Numbered from the stretch's first letter, positions 16,881 to 26,894 are shown. The stretch is 44,648 nucleotides of DNA from Acidobacteriota bacterium (GCA_040755995.1 JBFMAF010000039.1:1-44648); one strand, 5' to 3'. Made by a program: numbers and translations. The notes: a model not told the origin generated them from the letters alone.

Positions 16881-17840
16881 CTACCCGCCCGCCGTCTGGG
16901 GAAACCAGACGTCTATCGTACGGCGCACGTGCGCGAGCGCATCCGGATGGCGAAGCACCAGGATGTCGGCGCCGGCGAGCAGCAACGGTGTCGCCGTCGC
17001 GATCTCCCAATGCAATCCGCGGGCGCGCTGATCGCCCCACAGAGGTTCCTTGTCAGCGGGAACCTTGGCCTCTTTCGCCTTCCACGCTTCCTCGCCGACC
17101 AGGCAGATCACGGGGCAGTTCAGCATAGTATCGCCGCCAAGCGCTGCCAGCCGGACTCGTTCCATGACCGAGTAGGTGTACTCCAGACCGTAGCCCAACC
17201 CGCCTGTCAGTGGATCGATCAAAACACGATTGAGATCGACGTTTGACTCCGAGAGCAGTATGTTGACCTGCTTGGCGATGTTGATGTCGATTGGACTCTC
17301 AGCCACGAGAACGTGCCCGTAGGCGACTGTGACCGCGGCCAGTGTGCGGAAATCTTCCTGGCAGGCCGAGTGCAGGACGAGGCCCTCTCCCGCGCATTGC
17401 TCCGCGACCCTCGAAAGCACCTCGTTCTGCTTCTGTCCGGTGCCGGGTCCCTTGACGATCAATGGAACGTCAACAGCCTTCAGCACGCCGCGGACGTCGG
17501 CCACAGCCTCGTCGGCCGTGCGGTTTCCGCGATCGGGGTGCGTGCCGACCAGGTGAAGCATCAGCAGGTCGGCGCCGAAGTCCCTCACTGCGCGCGCCGC
17601 GGCCTCGCCGGGCCGGCCGACGACGCCGTCCCACGGCTGCCGCACCGCGTCAGGCCATCGGGGTGGATCGACGTCGGTGATCTCGAGCGCGAGTGCCGGC
17701 CGGTGCGGGAACTCCGCCTCGAACGTGTGCATCGGCAGCCCGCGGCCGCCGGCCACCACCAGCGGGCGCCGCGTTCTTGCCCCCAGCGTCACTTGCCGGA
17801 TCGCTCCGGCCCATTTCTTAGGTTTCAGATTCAGACTCAC
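16881..17840 (-). CDS. acsD: Corrinoid iron-sulfur protein small subunit (CFeSP delta)
   Basis: SPIDINIAKQVN, DPLTGGLGYGLEYTYSVMERVRLAAL.GD..L, AGADILVLRHP; GTG start at 17840 overlaps the acsB stop. Confidence 0.95.
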   Translation of the reverse strand: MSLNLKPKKWAGAIRQVTLGARTRRPLVVAGGRGLPMHTFEAEFPHRPALALEITDVDPPRWPDAVRQPWDGVVGRPGEAAARAVRDFGADLLMLHLVGTHPDRGNRTADEAVADVRGVLKAVDVPLIVKGPGTGQKQNEVLSRVAEQCAGEGLVLHSACQEDFRTLAAVTVAYGHVLVAESPIDINIAKQVNILLSESNVDLNRVLIDPLTGGLGYGLEYTYSVMERVRLAALGGDTMLNCPVICLVGEEAWKAKEAKVPADKEPLWGDQRARGLHWEIATATPLLLAGADILVLRHPDALAHVRRTIDVWFPQTAGG

Positions 17841-20026
17841 ACCATTTCTCCCATGGTGATCGCGGGGTGCTCGACTGTCATCAGATGCTCGATTAGTGGT
17901 TCGAGATCGGTGCACACAGTCTCGTCGGCGATCTTGTCGTAGAGATCAGGCAAGCCGATCGCTTCGCATCGCTGGCGCAGGCGATCGCCCAGCCGCTGCT
18001 TGATGCGAGTCGTGGTCCAGACAAGCCTGGCGAGCCCGCCGTCGGCGCTGATGAACTTCCGCGAGAGGATGTACAGCGTGCCGATGCCTATGAAACCCGG
18101 CGTCTGCTGGCCTCCGCCGGTGATCTCGGCGAGCGCCGAGAAGTTCATGCCCACAGGCGTCTGTCCCGCGTACTCGCGATCGACTATCATGATGCCGCCT
18201 GTGCCCGGCAGGACGCACGCGACGCACTCGAAGCAGCCGCACGAAGTCATCGGCTCCTGGATCATCGAATAGGCAGAGAACTTCGTGAAGGCGCCGTTGG
18301 AGGCGCGCTGAACGAAGTCGTTGACTCCTTTCCACTGTCCCAGCACCGGGTCGAGCTGCTCGCCCTTGGGCAGCGGCTGATTACCACCGTGCGGGTTGAT
18401 CTCGTAAGCGGCCTTGCCGTCGAGCCAATTGTAGGCGCCGCACAGCCCGAGCCGCTCGGGCGTGATGACGCAGATATGATTCGGAGCATAACTCTGGCAG
18501 AGCGCGCACGAATAAAAGATATCGACACTTTCGTCGGTCATGGCCCCCATGCGCTGGTCGCGCTGCTGGTAGGCCGACGCGGCCTCGGGGTAGAGCGCCT
18601 CGACCCTCTCGCCGTCCGTGAACAGCGTGACCTGCACCTTGTCGACAATCGCAGGGAAGTCGTTCTTGAGCTTGTGGAGAAGCACCGTGCCGAGGTGCTC
18701 GACCCGGAAGCCGGCCTCGCAGGCTTTCTTGGATATGCGGAGCCACACGGTGTCGCGCTGGCCGAGGTGCATCACGCCCATGGGCTCGCTCAGGAAGCTG
18801 TGGATGTGCCGCTCGAGAATCGACTCGAACTCCGGCTGCATCTTCCTCCCGGCGACCTCGACGAAGATCGCGAGCGGCAGCCGGGCGCCTTCGCCTACGT
18901 CCCCGATCTCCGGCCCCACCACCTGGATCCGCCCGTCCTCGATCTGCTCCATCGCGCGGCTCCTCAGGTACTCGAAGCAGCGCGTGTACTTCCCGCCGAA
19001 CTCGATCCTCAGATCCTCCTTGCGCACCCGCTCGCCCTCGAACGCCGGCCCGTGCCTCACCGGAATCGGGATCTCGACGGTTCGTATCTTCACCCCTCGC
19101 ACCTCGACGGCGCGCGCCGCCATCGTGCGGTGCGGGACGTTCGAGACGACGTGCTCGTATGTGCAGATGCCGCTCGGCAGAATCTGCGGGATATCCGTGT
19201 CGGCGATCACCGGGAAGCCGAAGTTGATCGCCCCTGCGGCGGTGGCATATTTCTCGTCGTCGACTTCGCCGAGCGCGAGCACGAATGCGAAGACGCGCCG
19301 CTTGTTGTATAGCAGAATCTCGCGCGCCTCGCCGAGCCCGCCGGGCTTCAATCCGCCAAACGTGAGTGCTGCACGGCACGCGAAACCGAGAGCGTGCACG
19401 ATCGACGAGGTGTCGGGTCCATATGGAACCAGAAAGGTATCCCAGTTCATTTCGACGCCGCGCCGGTTCAGCTGCCCCGCCATGCTCGTCCCGTTTGTGT
19501 GCGAGCCCATGAACACCAGAATGTTCCGCTCTTGCAGGTCCCGCGCCAGCTGCTCGGCCGTCTCATCATCCGGCAAGGCTCCGACGCACGCGGCAAACCC
19601 CGGCATCCGGCCGTCCACAAGTTTGATGCCCTGCTCCCGAAGAATGCCGTCCGGCGTGGGCCCGAGCCAATAGTCCGAGGCGAGGGTGATACCGCGCAGC
19701 GGTTTCAGCGCTTCGACCGCTTCGTGCGCGATCAGCGTGGCCGCGCCCGCGTCGAGCGCTCCACCGAGATACGGCAACCAGAGCGCATCGGTCGGGACAG
19801 GCGGCAGCCAGCGCCGGGCCTCCTGGATCGCCCCCTCGAGATCCCCGAGCTTCTCGACGCGCTTCCCGGTCAGGGCCAGCATGACGGGCAGTGCGTACGC
19901 CGTGCCTTCGAATCCGACTGCCTGATCGCGGCCATGCCGCTCGACGGCCTCCGCAACCATGCGCTCCGCGCGCTCCACACAAGCATGCGCTCCGCGTATC
20001 GCCGCAGTGGCAATTATTCTGGACAT
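17837..20026 (-). CDS. acsB: Acetyl-CoA synthase subunit
   Basis: FYSCALCQSYAPNHICVITPERLGLCGAYNWLD and PMTSCGCFEC A-cluster ligands; bacterial N-terminal domain present. Confidence 0.97.
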   Translation of the reverse strand: MSRIIATAAIRGAHACVERAERMVAEAVERHGRDQAVGFEGTAYALPVMLALTGKRVEKLGDLEGAIQEARRWLPPVPTDALWLPYLGGALDAGAATLIAHEAVEALKPLRGITLASDYWLGPTPDGILREQGIKLVDGRMPGFAACVGALPDDETAEQLARDLQERNILVFMGSHTNGTSMAGQLNRRGVEMNWDTFLVPYGPDTSSIVHALGFACRAALTFGGLKPGGLGEAREILLYNKRRVFAFVLALGEVDDEKYATAAGAINFGFPVIADTDIPQILPSGICTYEHVVSNVPHRTMAARAVEVRGVKIRTVEIPIPVRHGPAFEGERVRKEDLRIEFGGKYTRCFEYLRSRAMEQIEDGRIQVVGPEIGDVGEGARLPLAIFVEVAGRKMQPEFESILERHIHSFLSEPMGVMHLGQRDTVWLRISKKACEAGFRVEHLGTVLLHKLKNDFPAIVDKVQVTLFTDGERVEALYPEAASAYQQRDQRMGAMTDESVDIFYSCALCQSYAPNHICVITPERLGLCGAYNWLDGKAAYEINPHGGNQPLPKGEQLDPVLGQWKGVNDFVQRASNGAFTKFSAYSMIQEPMTSCGCFECVACVLPGTGGIMIVDREYAGQTPVGMNFSALAEITGGGQQTPGFIGIGTLYILSRKFISADGGLARLVWTTTRIKQRLGDRLRQRCEAIGLPDLYDKIADETVCTDLEPLIEHLMTVEHPAITMGEMV

Positions 20027-21741
20027 GTCGCAATCTCCTGAAGGTGGACGAACGGGCCGAGCGACCGCGCCAGCGTGTGTTCGTCCAATCGGTCGAGAAT
20101 TTCGCCGCCGACGTGGATTCTCTCTCTGTAGAGGCGGTAGAGCACACCCGCACCGGAGACGTCGCCGAACAACAGCGCTCCGGCGATCAGCCCGTCCCGG
20201 TGAACGAGCTTCCGATAGACCTCAGGGCGGTTGGTGAGAACCTGGGCACGGCCCCCCTCGAGACGCTGTTCTCGCACCTCGCCGATCGACACGATCGGCA
20301 CGTCGAAGAACCGTGAAGCGTTCATGCGGAGCGCCCCGCGCGAAGCGTGCTCGACGCCAACGGCCGTGCTTCCGGCCGCCCGCCCCATCTCATAGGCGAC
20401 CGGCCATATACCGCTCACTGCCGCCTTCCCGGTCAGTGGATCCTCGACCTCGGCGCAGTCTCCCGCGGCGAAGACGCCGTCGGCGTTCGTGCGCCCGTAG
20501 AGGTCCACCGTCACGCCGCGCCCGATCTCGACTCCGCTCCCGCGGAGCCACTCGACATTCGGCCGGATTCCCTTGCCTACGACGACCAGGTCTGCGGGCA
20601 TCACCTCTCCGTCGTTCAGGCGGATCTGCTCAACGCGGGCGGTCCCGCAGATCTCGATGACTTCGCTTCCTGTTCTCACCGCCAGGCCGTTCCGCGCAAA
20701 CAGCTCCCCCACGCGCCTCCCGGCCTCGGAATCTACCATCTGCGACAACAGGTGCCTGGACCCGACTACCGCCGCGACACTCATCCCGCGCGCGAGAAAA
20801 GCTTCGCACGTCTGCAGACCGACGTTGCCGCCACCGAGCACCACGGCGGCTCGACCCGGCTGCAGGAGTGCCTCGATGCGCTCGGCGTCTTCCAGATCTC
20901 GAAGGGTGAAGACCCCTTCGAGCGCGTGCCCCGGGGTCTCGACGCGCACCGCGCGCGCACCGGTGGCAACGATCAGGCGGTCGTAGTGAAGACGTGTGCC
21001 GTCATCCAGCTCGAGATGACGAGCCTCGATCGCCAGCGCGGAGGCACGCACGCCGGCGATGACCCGTACGTTCAGCCGCTCGGTCAGGTACTCCAGCGGC
21101 CTCCAATCGAGCGCACGCGGGTCGATGCTGTGTGACAGCAAGTATGCGAGGAGCGGCCTGGAGTACTGCGGGCGGGCGTCCGCGGTGACGATGGTGATCG
21201 AGCAGCCGGGGGCGAATTCGCGGGCCGCTTCGCACGCGGCGATCCCCGCGGCGCTCGAACCTACGATGACCACGTGGCCGCGGAAATCGCTTCGAGCAGC
21301 CGGCGCGCGCTGCTCGGCAGTGCCCAGCGCATGCGTAGGGCACGCTGCAACACACGCGGGCATCTCGCGATCTTCACAGACGTCACACCTCACCATGCGA
21401 TCGCGGCCCGTGTCGAGCTTGACTCCAAACGGACATACCATCAGGCACATGTAGCACCCCAGGCACCGGGATTCGTCGAGGTGCACCGTTCCGGTTTCAG
21501 CATCGCGGTGCAGCGCACCGCTCTTGCAGGCGAACACGCAGAGGGGCTCGGCGCACTGATCGCATCGTTGCGCCTCGATGCCAGCGTCGGTCGCGGAGAT
21601 AGTGACTCGCCGTCTCGGTGGCACGGATTCGAGAATGGCCCTGTCGAGGCGGCCGGTCTGCGAGTGAGCGACGGCGCACGCCAGCTCGCAGCTCCTGCAT
21701 CCGAGGCACAGCGCCTGATCGAATGTGAGCATCCGGCTCAT
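20014..21741 (-). CDS. Fusion of CooF-like 4Fe-4S ferredoxin and FAD/NAD(P) oxidoreductase
   Basis: CLGCRSCELAC, CDQC...CVFAC, CLGCYMCLMVCP, CDVC...CVAACP, then IVGSSAAG, ATGA, VLGGGNVG, FAAGDCA; ATG 21741 after GGAGAG. Confidence 0.9.
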   Translation of the reverse strand: MSRMLTFDQALCLGCRSCELACAVAHSQTGRLDRAILESVPPRRRVTISATDAGIEAQRCDQCAEPLCVFACKSGALHRDAETGTVHLDESRCLGCYMCLMVCPFGVKLDTGRDRMVRCDVCEDREMPACVAACPTHALGTAEQRAPAARSDFRGHVVIVGSSAAGIAACEAAREFAPGCSITIVTADARPQYSRPLLAYLLSHSIDPRALDWRPLEYLTERLNVRVIAGVRASALAIEARHLELDDGTRLHYDRLIVATGARAVRVETPGHALEGVFTLRDLEDAERIEALLQPGRAAVVLGGGNVGLQTCEAFLARGMSVAAVVGSRHLLSQMVDSEAGRRVGELFARNGLAVRTGSEVIEICGTARVEQIRLNDGEVMPADLVVVGKGIRPNVEWLRGSGVEIGRGVTVDLYGRTNADGVFAAGDCAEVEDPLTGKAAVSGIWPVAYEMGRAAGSTAVGVEHASRGALRMNASRFFDVPIVSIGEVREQRLEGGRAQVLTNRPEVYRKLVHRDGLIAGALLFGDVSGAGVLYRLYRERIHVGGEILDRLDEHTLARSLGPFVHLQEIATCPE

Positions 21742-21811
21742 CTCTCCGTGTCTCCGCGTCCCCGCGTCCGCTTCCTCTGGGCACATGGCGTGAATCAGAA
21801 GCAGCCCACCA

Positions 21812-23845
21812 CTACTCTTCCGGGGGCCTGGACTGGCTGTGGCGCTGAGCCTCGCCGCAACCGAGTGCCACGACACCGCGCGGCGTCTCGTAAGTCGCGA
21901 GCGTGCGCGAGGCGACTATGCTCTCAGCCTCCGCGCCCCCATCGTAGAGGACCGGCGCGAGCTTGCGGTCGCTGCGCTTCCGGTCGATGTGCGTGACGAT
22001 GGCCTTGGCGGCTTCCTCGATGTCGTCTGTGAAGAGGAACTTGGCTCCAGTGTCGCGCTCGACATCTTCCTCGAGGTACTTGCGCACCACCCGGCTGCCG
22101 GCGACGCGGGGAACGGGGAGGAAGGCCGTGAAGATGCCCGATGCAACGGCGTACAGGCCGATCGTCATCGCCTTCTCGCTCATCGCCTCCGGGGCGGCCG
22201 CAGCGATGGGAAGCTCGGACAGGTCGTTCCCGATGCCGCCCTCGGCGACAAGAGCCACGCAGACGTTGAGGATGCGCGAGTTGTCGACGCAGCTGCCAAC
22301 GTGCAACACAGGAGGCACACCGACGGCCTCGCACACCTCCCGCAGCCCCCGCCCTGCATACTCCATCGCGGCCTCCGGGCGGAGCAGTCCCGCCTTCGCA
22401 GACGCGATTGCGCTGCAGCCGGTCTGCACAACCAGCACGTCTTGTGCCAGAAGCTTGCGCACCAACGGCAGGTGATGGCTGTCCTGCGCGAACCGGACGG
22501 TGTTGCACCCGACCACTCCTGCCACACCACGGATACGACCCGCCGCGATGGCGTCGATCAACGGCCGGTAGCCGGAACGGAAGCGGCCTCCCATGTAGTA
22601 GGGGAGGTTTTCATTCGTGAAACCGGCCACCAGGTCCGTCCTCTCTCGCGGGATGCTCACGCGATGAGGATCGCGCCGCGGGAAGGCAGCGATGGCGCGG
22701 CGCACGATCTCTCGCGCGGCCGGCCGCGGGTTCTTCGCGTCGAACGCGACGCTCTCGGCGCCGGGGATGTGCGCCTTCGCGGATGTGGTGACGACCTTCG
22801 TATGATGGCATGACGCCAGTTGCGGCAGCGACGGCATCACGCACTGCACATCCACGACCATGAGATCGACCGCGCCCGTCAACAGCGCCAGCTCCTGATG
22901 CAGGTAGTTGCCCGCAATCGGCATCCCCTGCCGCATGAGAATCTCATTCGCAGTGCAACAGATTCCGGCGATGTTGATCCCATCGGCACCCGCGAGCCGC
23001 GCCTCATCGAGCAGCTCCTTCTCCCGACTGGCGGCCACAATCATCTCACTCAGCACGGGCTCGTGGCCGTGCACGAGAACGTTGACCTGCTTCTCTTCGA
23101 GGACCCCGAGATTCGCCCTCGACCGGATCGCCAGCGGCCCGCCGAAAAGAACGTCCTGCACGTCGGTCGCGATCATCGATCCGCCCCAGCCGTCGGCCAG
23201 CGCCGTTCGCATGGCAGCCCGCAGCAGCTCGATCGGGTCTCCTTCCACACCATGATGCGTGCGATGCAGCAGCTCGACGATCTCGCGGTCGATGCCGCGC
23301 GGGGTGATGCCGAGCTTCTCCCAGCGAGCCCGCTGGCCCTCGGGCGCGCGCGACACCGGGAGGAGCGGCCCGTGCTGAGAGCCGAATTGCGTGCCCATCA
23401 GCCTGGCGAGGGCGGTCGCCACTTCGCGATCGCTCTTCGCGCCGTCCGAGACGCGCCACTCCGCGGCGAGCGCCCTGAGCCTGGCCGGATTTGAGATCGT
23501 ATAGCCGGTTGTGAAGCCGGCTTCCGCCGAGCTCTGGAAAACCTCCACGACTTCGCGCCCGTGGTCGCTGTGCGCGGCGGCTCCGACCGCCACCGCGCGC
23601 GCGAGGTTCCGGGCGACGATGAGATGCGCATCGGCTCCACAGACTCCCCGCTGGGCACCGTTACCAAACGGGTCGATCCTGCACGGTCCCATGTAGCAGA
23701 CGTCGCAGCACAGGCCGAGATCGCCGAAGCCGCAGAGCGGCCGCAGGGCGTCGTGTCTGTCCCACGCCGTCGCCACGCCGCCATCGCGGGCGTTGGCGAG
23801 CACGTGCTGGGCGGCCGGATCTATCGAGCGATCGTTCACACTCAT
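21812..23845 (-). CDS. cooS: Ni,Fe carbon monoxide dehydrogenase catalytic subunit
   Basis: CGFG...CC..C.MGPC, VCG, AAHSDH, HGHEP, ICCTANE, DVQC, VVGC, TGC, GSCVDN, SEKA: B/C/D-cluster ligand motifs present. Confidence 0.97.
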   Translation of the reverse strand: MSVNDRSIDPAAQHVLANARDGGVATAWDRHDALRPLCGFGDLGLCCDVCYMGPCRIDPFGNGAQRGVCGADAHLIVARNLARAVAVGAAAHSDHGREVVEVFQSSAEAGFTTGYTISNPARLRALAAEWRVSDGAKSDREVATALARLMGTQFGSQHGPLLPVSRAPEGQRARWEKLGITPRGIDREIVELLHRTHHGVEGDPIELLRAAMRTALADGWGGSMIATDVQDVLFGGPLAIRSRANLGVLEEKQVNVLVHGHEPVLSEMIVAASREKELLDEARLAGADGINIAGICCTANEILMRQGMPIAGNYLHQELALLTGAVDLMVVDVQCVMPSLPQLASCHHTKVVTTSAKAHIPGAESVAFDAKNPRPAAREIVRRAIAAFPRRDPHRVSIPRERTDLVAGFTNENLPYYMGGRFRSGYRPLIDAIAAGRIRGVAGVVGCNTVRFAQDSHHLPLVRKLLAQDVLVVQTGCSAIASAKAGLLRPEAAMEYAGRGLREVCEAVGVPPVLHVGSCVDNSRILNVCVALVAEGGIGNDLSELPIAAAAPEAMSEKAMTIGLYAVASGIFTAFLPVPRVAGSRVVRKYLEEDVERDTGAKFLFTDDIEEAAKAIVTHIDRKRSDRKLAPVLYDGGAEAESIVASRTLATYETPRGVVALGCGEAQRHSQSRPPEE

Positions 23846-23869
23846 GGGATGTTCCTTGTCGAAGAAGTG

Positions 23870-24643
23870 CTATTTCTCGAAGTCCTCGCTGATGGCGCCC
23901 GGAATCCTGCCGGCGATGCCCTGCACGGCCCGATAGAAGTCGCTCTCGCGGCTGAAGGACCCTTGGCGGGCGTCGTGTTCCAGCGATCGGTCGAGCGGGA
24001 GCGCGCCCAGGAGCGGCGCTTCGATCCCCGCGGTTTGGACGAAAGCGAGCTCCTGTTCATTGGAGATCTTGTTTGCGACTGGAAGGACTCGCTGTATGCC
24101 GATGTCGCGGGCGAGCCGGGCGATGCGTGTGGCAGTCTGGATGCTGGCCCAGCCGGGCTCGATCACGACCAGCATCGCGTCGACACCCTCGGCCGTGGCG
24201 CGCCCGAGGTGCTCGATCCCAGCTTCCATGTCGACCACAACGTGCTCGCCTGCGCTGATCACGAGATGATTGAGCACCTCGCGGAGGAGCACGTTTTCCG
24301 GGCAGGCGCAGCCGCGCCGGCCGCGGTCGATTGTGCCCATCACGAGCAGCCTGATTCCGTCGATCACGACTCCGAACTGTTGTGGTATGTCGTCCACCTT
24401 TGGATTCATTCGCAGGAACCCGCTCCAGCCGTCGGCGCCTCCAACGCGCTCCTCGACCAACGATCTCAACTCCACCAGCGGGATGATTTCGGCGCCGCGG
24501 TATCCGAGCGTTCCGGCCAGGTTCGTGTCGGGATCGGCGTCCACGGCGACGACGTTGCAGCCGAGGTCTCGCCAGCAGCGGGCGAGGTAGGCGGCGACGG
24601 TTGTCTTGCCGACCCCACCCTTGCCGGTCACGGCGACTTTCAT
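23870..24643 (-). CDS. cooC: CODH nickel-insertion ATPase
   Basis: GKGGVGKTT, DADPD, GCACPEN, DMEAGIEHLGR. Confidence 0.93.
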   Translation of the reverse strand: MKVAVTGKGGVGKTTVAAYLARCWRDLGCNVVAVDADPDTNLAGTLGYRGAEIIPLVELRSLVEERVGGADGWSGFLRMNPKVDDIPQQFGVVIDGIRLLVMGTIDRGRRGCACPENVLLREVLNHLVISAGEHVVVDMEAGIEHLGRATAEGVDAMLVVIEPGWASIQTATRIARLARDIGIQRVLPVANKISNEQELAFVQTAGIEAPLLGALPLDRSLEHDARQGSFSRESDFYRAVQGIAGRIPGAISEDFEK

Positions 24644-25395
24644 CAGGCGATTTCCCAGGATCGCAGTGCCGAGGCGGCGGTGGAGGTATGGTTCAATTCC
24701 AGGAGTGAGCGGCCGGCGGACTCGATGGCCACGATGTCCTCGTCGTGAGGCACTGTGAGCACGTGGCTGAAGGCACCATGGCCGTTCGACGCCATGGCCG
24801 CGATCTCGTGCAAGCGCGGATCATCCGGTTGGAGGCCGTTCATGATCAAGTCGACGCGGCGGGGCAGCCCGCAGTTCAGCTCGCGGTAGATCGACAGGGC
24901 CCGGTGGATGGCCTCGGCCGACATCCGTGAGCGAGTCGCAACGCAGACCAGGATGTCGGCTCTTCCTGTAGTCCGCCGAGACAGATGTTCGAGGCCTGCC
25001 TCGCAGTCAAGCAACACGTGCCTGTAGGATCGCGCCAGTCGAGCCAGGTGATCTCGAATGAGATTGTTCACGAAGCAATAGCAGCCCTTGCCCTCGGGAT
25101 GCCCCATCGTCAGCAGGTCGAACCCGTTGTTCTCAGCGATGGCGTCTTCCGCCTGTAGGGCAAGCCATTCGGCCTGCGACATGGTTTTGGGGCGGCCGGT
25201 AGAGTCTCTCATGCCGTCGCGGATTTGGGCGAGAGTCTTTTTGACACGCATGGCCAGGGCCGAGCCCAGGCAGCTCGACGGGTCGGCATCAATTAGCAGC
25301 ACCGGAGTCTCGCGCGTATCGAGCAGGCGGCGGAGCAGAAGCGCGGCGATGGTGGTCTTGCCGACCCCACCTTTTCCTACGACGGCGATGATCAT
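24643..25395 (-). CDS. cooC: Second CooC/AcsF-type nickel-insertion ATPase
   Basis: MIIAVVGKGGVGKTT, DADP, GHPEGKGCYC, DCEAGLEHLSRRT. Confidence 0.9.
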   Translation of the reverse strand: MIIAVVGKGGVGKTTIAALLLRRLLDTRETPVLLIDADPSSCLGSALAMRVKKTLAQIRDGMRDSTGRPKTMSQAEWLALQAEDAIAENNGFDLLTMGHPEGKGCYCFVNNLIRDHLARLARSYRHVLLDCEAGLEHLSRRTTGRADILVCVATRSRMSAEAIHRALSIYRELNCGLPRRVDLIMNGLQPDDPRLHEIAAMASNGHGAFSHVLTVPHDEDIVAIESAGRSLLELNHTSTAASALRSWEIA

Positions 25396-25468
25396 GCGAG
25401 CCAGTCTCCGAAATGGAATCCTCGATGTGCGTCTCGACGGTCTCTCACCTCGACTCCGTGTCTCCGCG

Positions 25469-26539
25469 TCAGCGCGTCTGCAGAGCGGACCTCGCTTCAC
25501 GCTCGCGGAATCTCGAAGCCACCTCCGAGAGAACGCTCAACACATGACCGGCGCCGTCGACAGTCTGCGTTCCCATGCCGCAGGACGGGGTCAACAACGA
25601 CTGGCGGAAAAGAAGCGTGCGATCGACTCCCTTGCCGGCCAGTGCGTTCATGTGCCCCTCCAGTTTCTCCAGCAGGCCCTGCGGGGTGAATTCAGACATG
25701 GATCGTGTGGTCGGGACGATCCCCCAACTCAGGATACCGCCCCTCTCGAAGAACGCTTTGAGCTCCACAGGGTACAGCGACAGTCCCTGAAAATACTCGT
25801 ACGCGTCGAAGTTCACCACATCGACCCCGGTCGCCAGCACCAGCGACCAGTCCGTGTTGCCGCAGCAATGAAGGCCCGCCAGGGCGCCTTCCTTGTGAAC
25901 GGCCTCGACGGCGCTGTCGATCATGCCGACGACATCTTCGCGGGCGACGTTGACAAAGGCGGAGCCGAAGGAGCAGAGGTAGGGCTCGTCGAGCACGACG
26001 ATGGCGTTGGGCGCGGTTTCGAGCAGCCGTCGTGCCATCCAGCGCGCCTTCATCGCCATGCCCTGCACGGCCACCTCGTACAGCTCGGGGGTATACGCCA
26101 TCGCCCGCTTGTTCTCGTCGGTCACCGTCATCGCGAAGCTGAACGGACCGGTGACCTGTCCTTTGATCCACTGCGGCCGTCCCGCGCCGATCTGCTCAAC
26201 CCGCTCCAGGAACGCATGGAGCCCCAGCGCGTACTCACGGCTCACCGCGAATCGCTCGACGTCCTCGTCCACGATCGCCTGGTAGAAGCCTTCGAGCTCC
26301 TGCTGGAACCTCTCGTCAGTCCGGAACCAGATCTTCTGTGACTCCCGATCGATGGTAACACCCGGCAGGCCCTCGGAATACTGGACGTACATGCTCTCGA
26401 TCCAGTCGCGGGCGGGCATCTGCGGCCATGCGGGCAGCTCCGGCAGAGTGGCCAGAATGCGGCCGATCAGGCGATCAGGATCGCTGTGCGGGAAGCTCCC
26501 CACGACCGTCGGGGCAGCATCGAATCTGGCGCGTTGCAC
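25469..26539 (-). CDS. Single-domain ('core') MetE-like methionine synthase, probably MesB-type
   Basis: VGSFPH, WPQMP, KGQVTGP, LDEP, LHCCG, FDAY, WGIVPT, TPSCG Zn-ligand motifs; about 356 aa, no N-terminal folate-binding half; GTG start after GGAG. Confidence 0.85.
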   Translation of the reverse strand: MQRARFDAAPTVVGSFPHSDPDRLIGRILATLPELPAWPQMPARDWIESMYVQYSEGLPGVTIDRESQKIWFRTDERFQQELEGFYQAIVDEDVERFAVSREYALGLHAFLERVEQIGAGRPQWIKGQVTGPFSFAMTVTDENKRAMAYTPELYEVAVQGMAMKARWMARRLLETAPNAIVVLDEPYLCSFGSAFVNVAREDVVGMIDSAVEAVHKEGALAGLHCCGNTDWSLVLATGVDVVNFDAYEYFQGLSLYPVELKAFFERGGILSWGIVPTTRSMSEFTPQGLLEKLEGHMNALAGKGVDRTLLFRQSLLTPSCGMGTQTVDGAGHVLSVLSEVASRFREREARSALQTR

Positions 26540-26576
26540 TCTCTGCTCCAATCTTTGGATACCGACGCAGCCGGAG

Positions 26577-26605
26577 AGAATAGCCCGCAGAGTCTGGAAT
26601 GTCAA
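26577..26605 (-). promoter_or_regulatory. Sigma70-type promoter of the acs operon
   Basis: Minus strand TTGACA-17nt-TATTCT. Confidence 0.7.
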
Positions 26606-26765
26606 CGAAGCTGCGTCCCTGTCCCTGCGCCCGCACGTCCGGTATCTGGCGGTATCGTAAACGCAGGCGTCGACGTGAACGTGAACGGATCTCTGCCCGC
26701 CTCGCGTTGTCGCCTTCTTACACCAGCAGCTTGATAGCGCCCCCTCTTCAGAAGTTCGAAGAAAT

Positions 26766-26794
26766 TTGACACCGCCGTGGAGCCTGCGTAGAAT
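26766..26794 (+). promoter_or_regulatory. Sigma70-type promoter of tRNA-Leu
   Basis: TTGACA-17nt-TAGAAT, 12 nt before the tRNA. Confidence 0.8.
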
Positions 26795-26806
26795 GAGATC
26801 GCCCGT

Positions 26807-26894
26807 GCCGAAGTGGCGGAACTGGCAGACGCGCTAGATTCAGGGTCTAGTCCCCGCAAGGGTGGTGGAGGTTCGAGTCCTCTCTTCGGCACCA
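26807..26894 (+). tRNA. tRNA-Leu(CAG)
   Basis: Acceptor stem GCCGAAG/CTTCGGC, anticodon arm CTAGA-TTCAGGG-TCTAG, long variable arm, GTTCGAGTCC T-arm, discriminator A plus encoded CCA. Confidence 0.97.

Noticed and set aside
21812..21950. C-terminal extension of CooS as an extra domain
   Set aside because: About 40 low-complexity residues with no motif; cannot be supported
26540..26760. SAM or cobalamin riboswitch upstream of the methionine synthase
   Set aside because: No recognisable consensus, and the predicted promoter leaves only about 30 nt of leader
26807..26894. tRNA-Leu as the island integration site
   Set aside because: No duplicated tRNA 3' end seen in the window and no adjacent integrase
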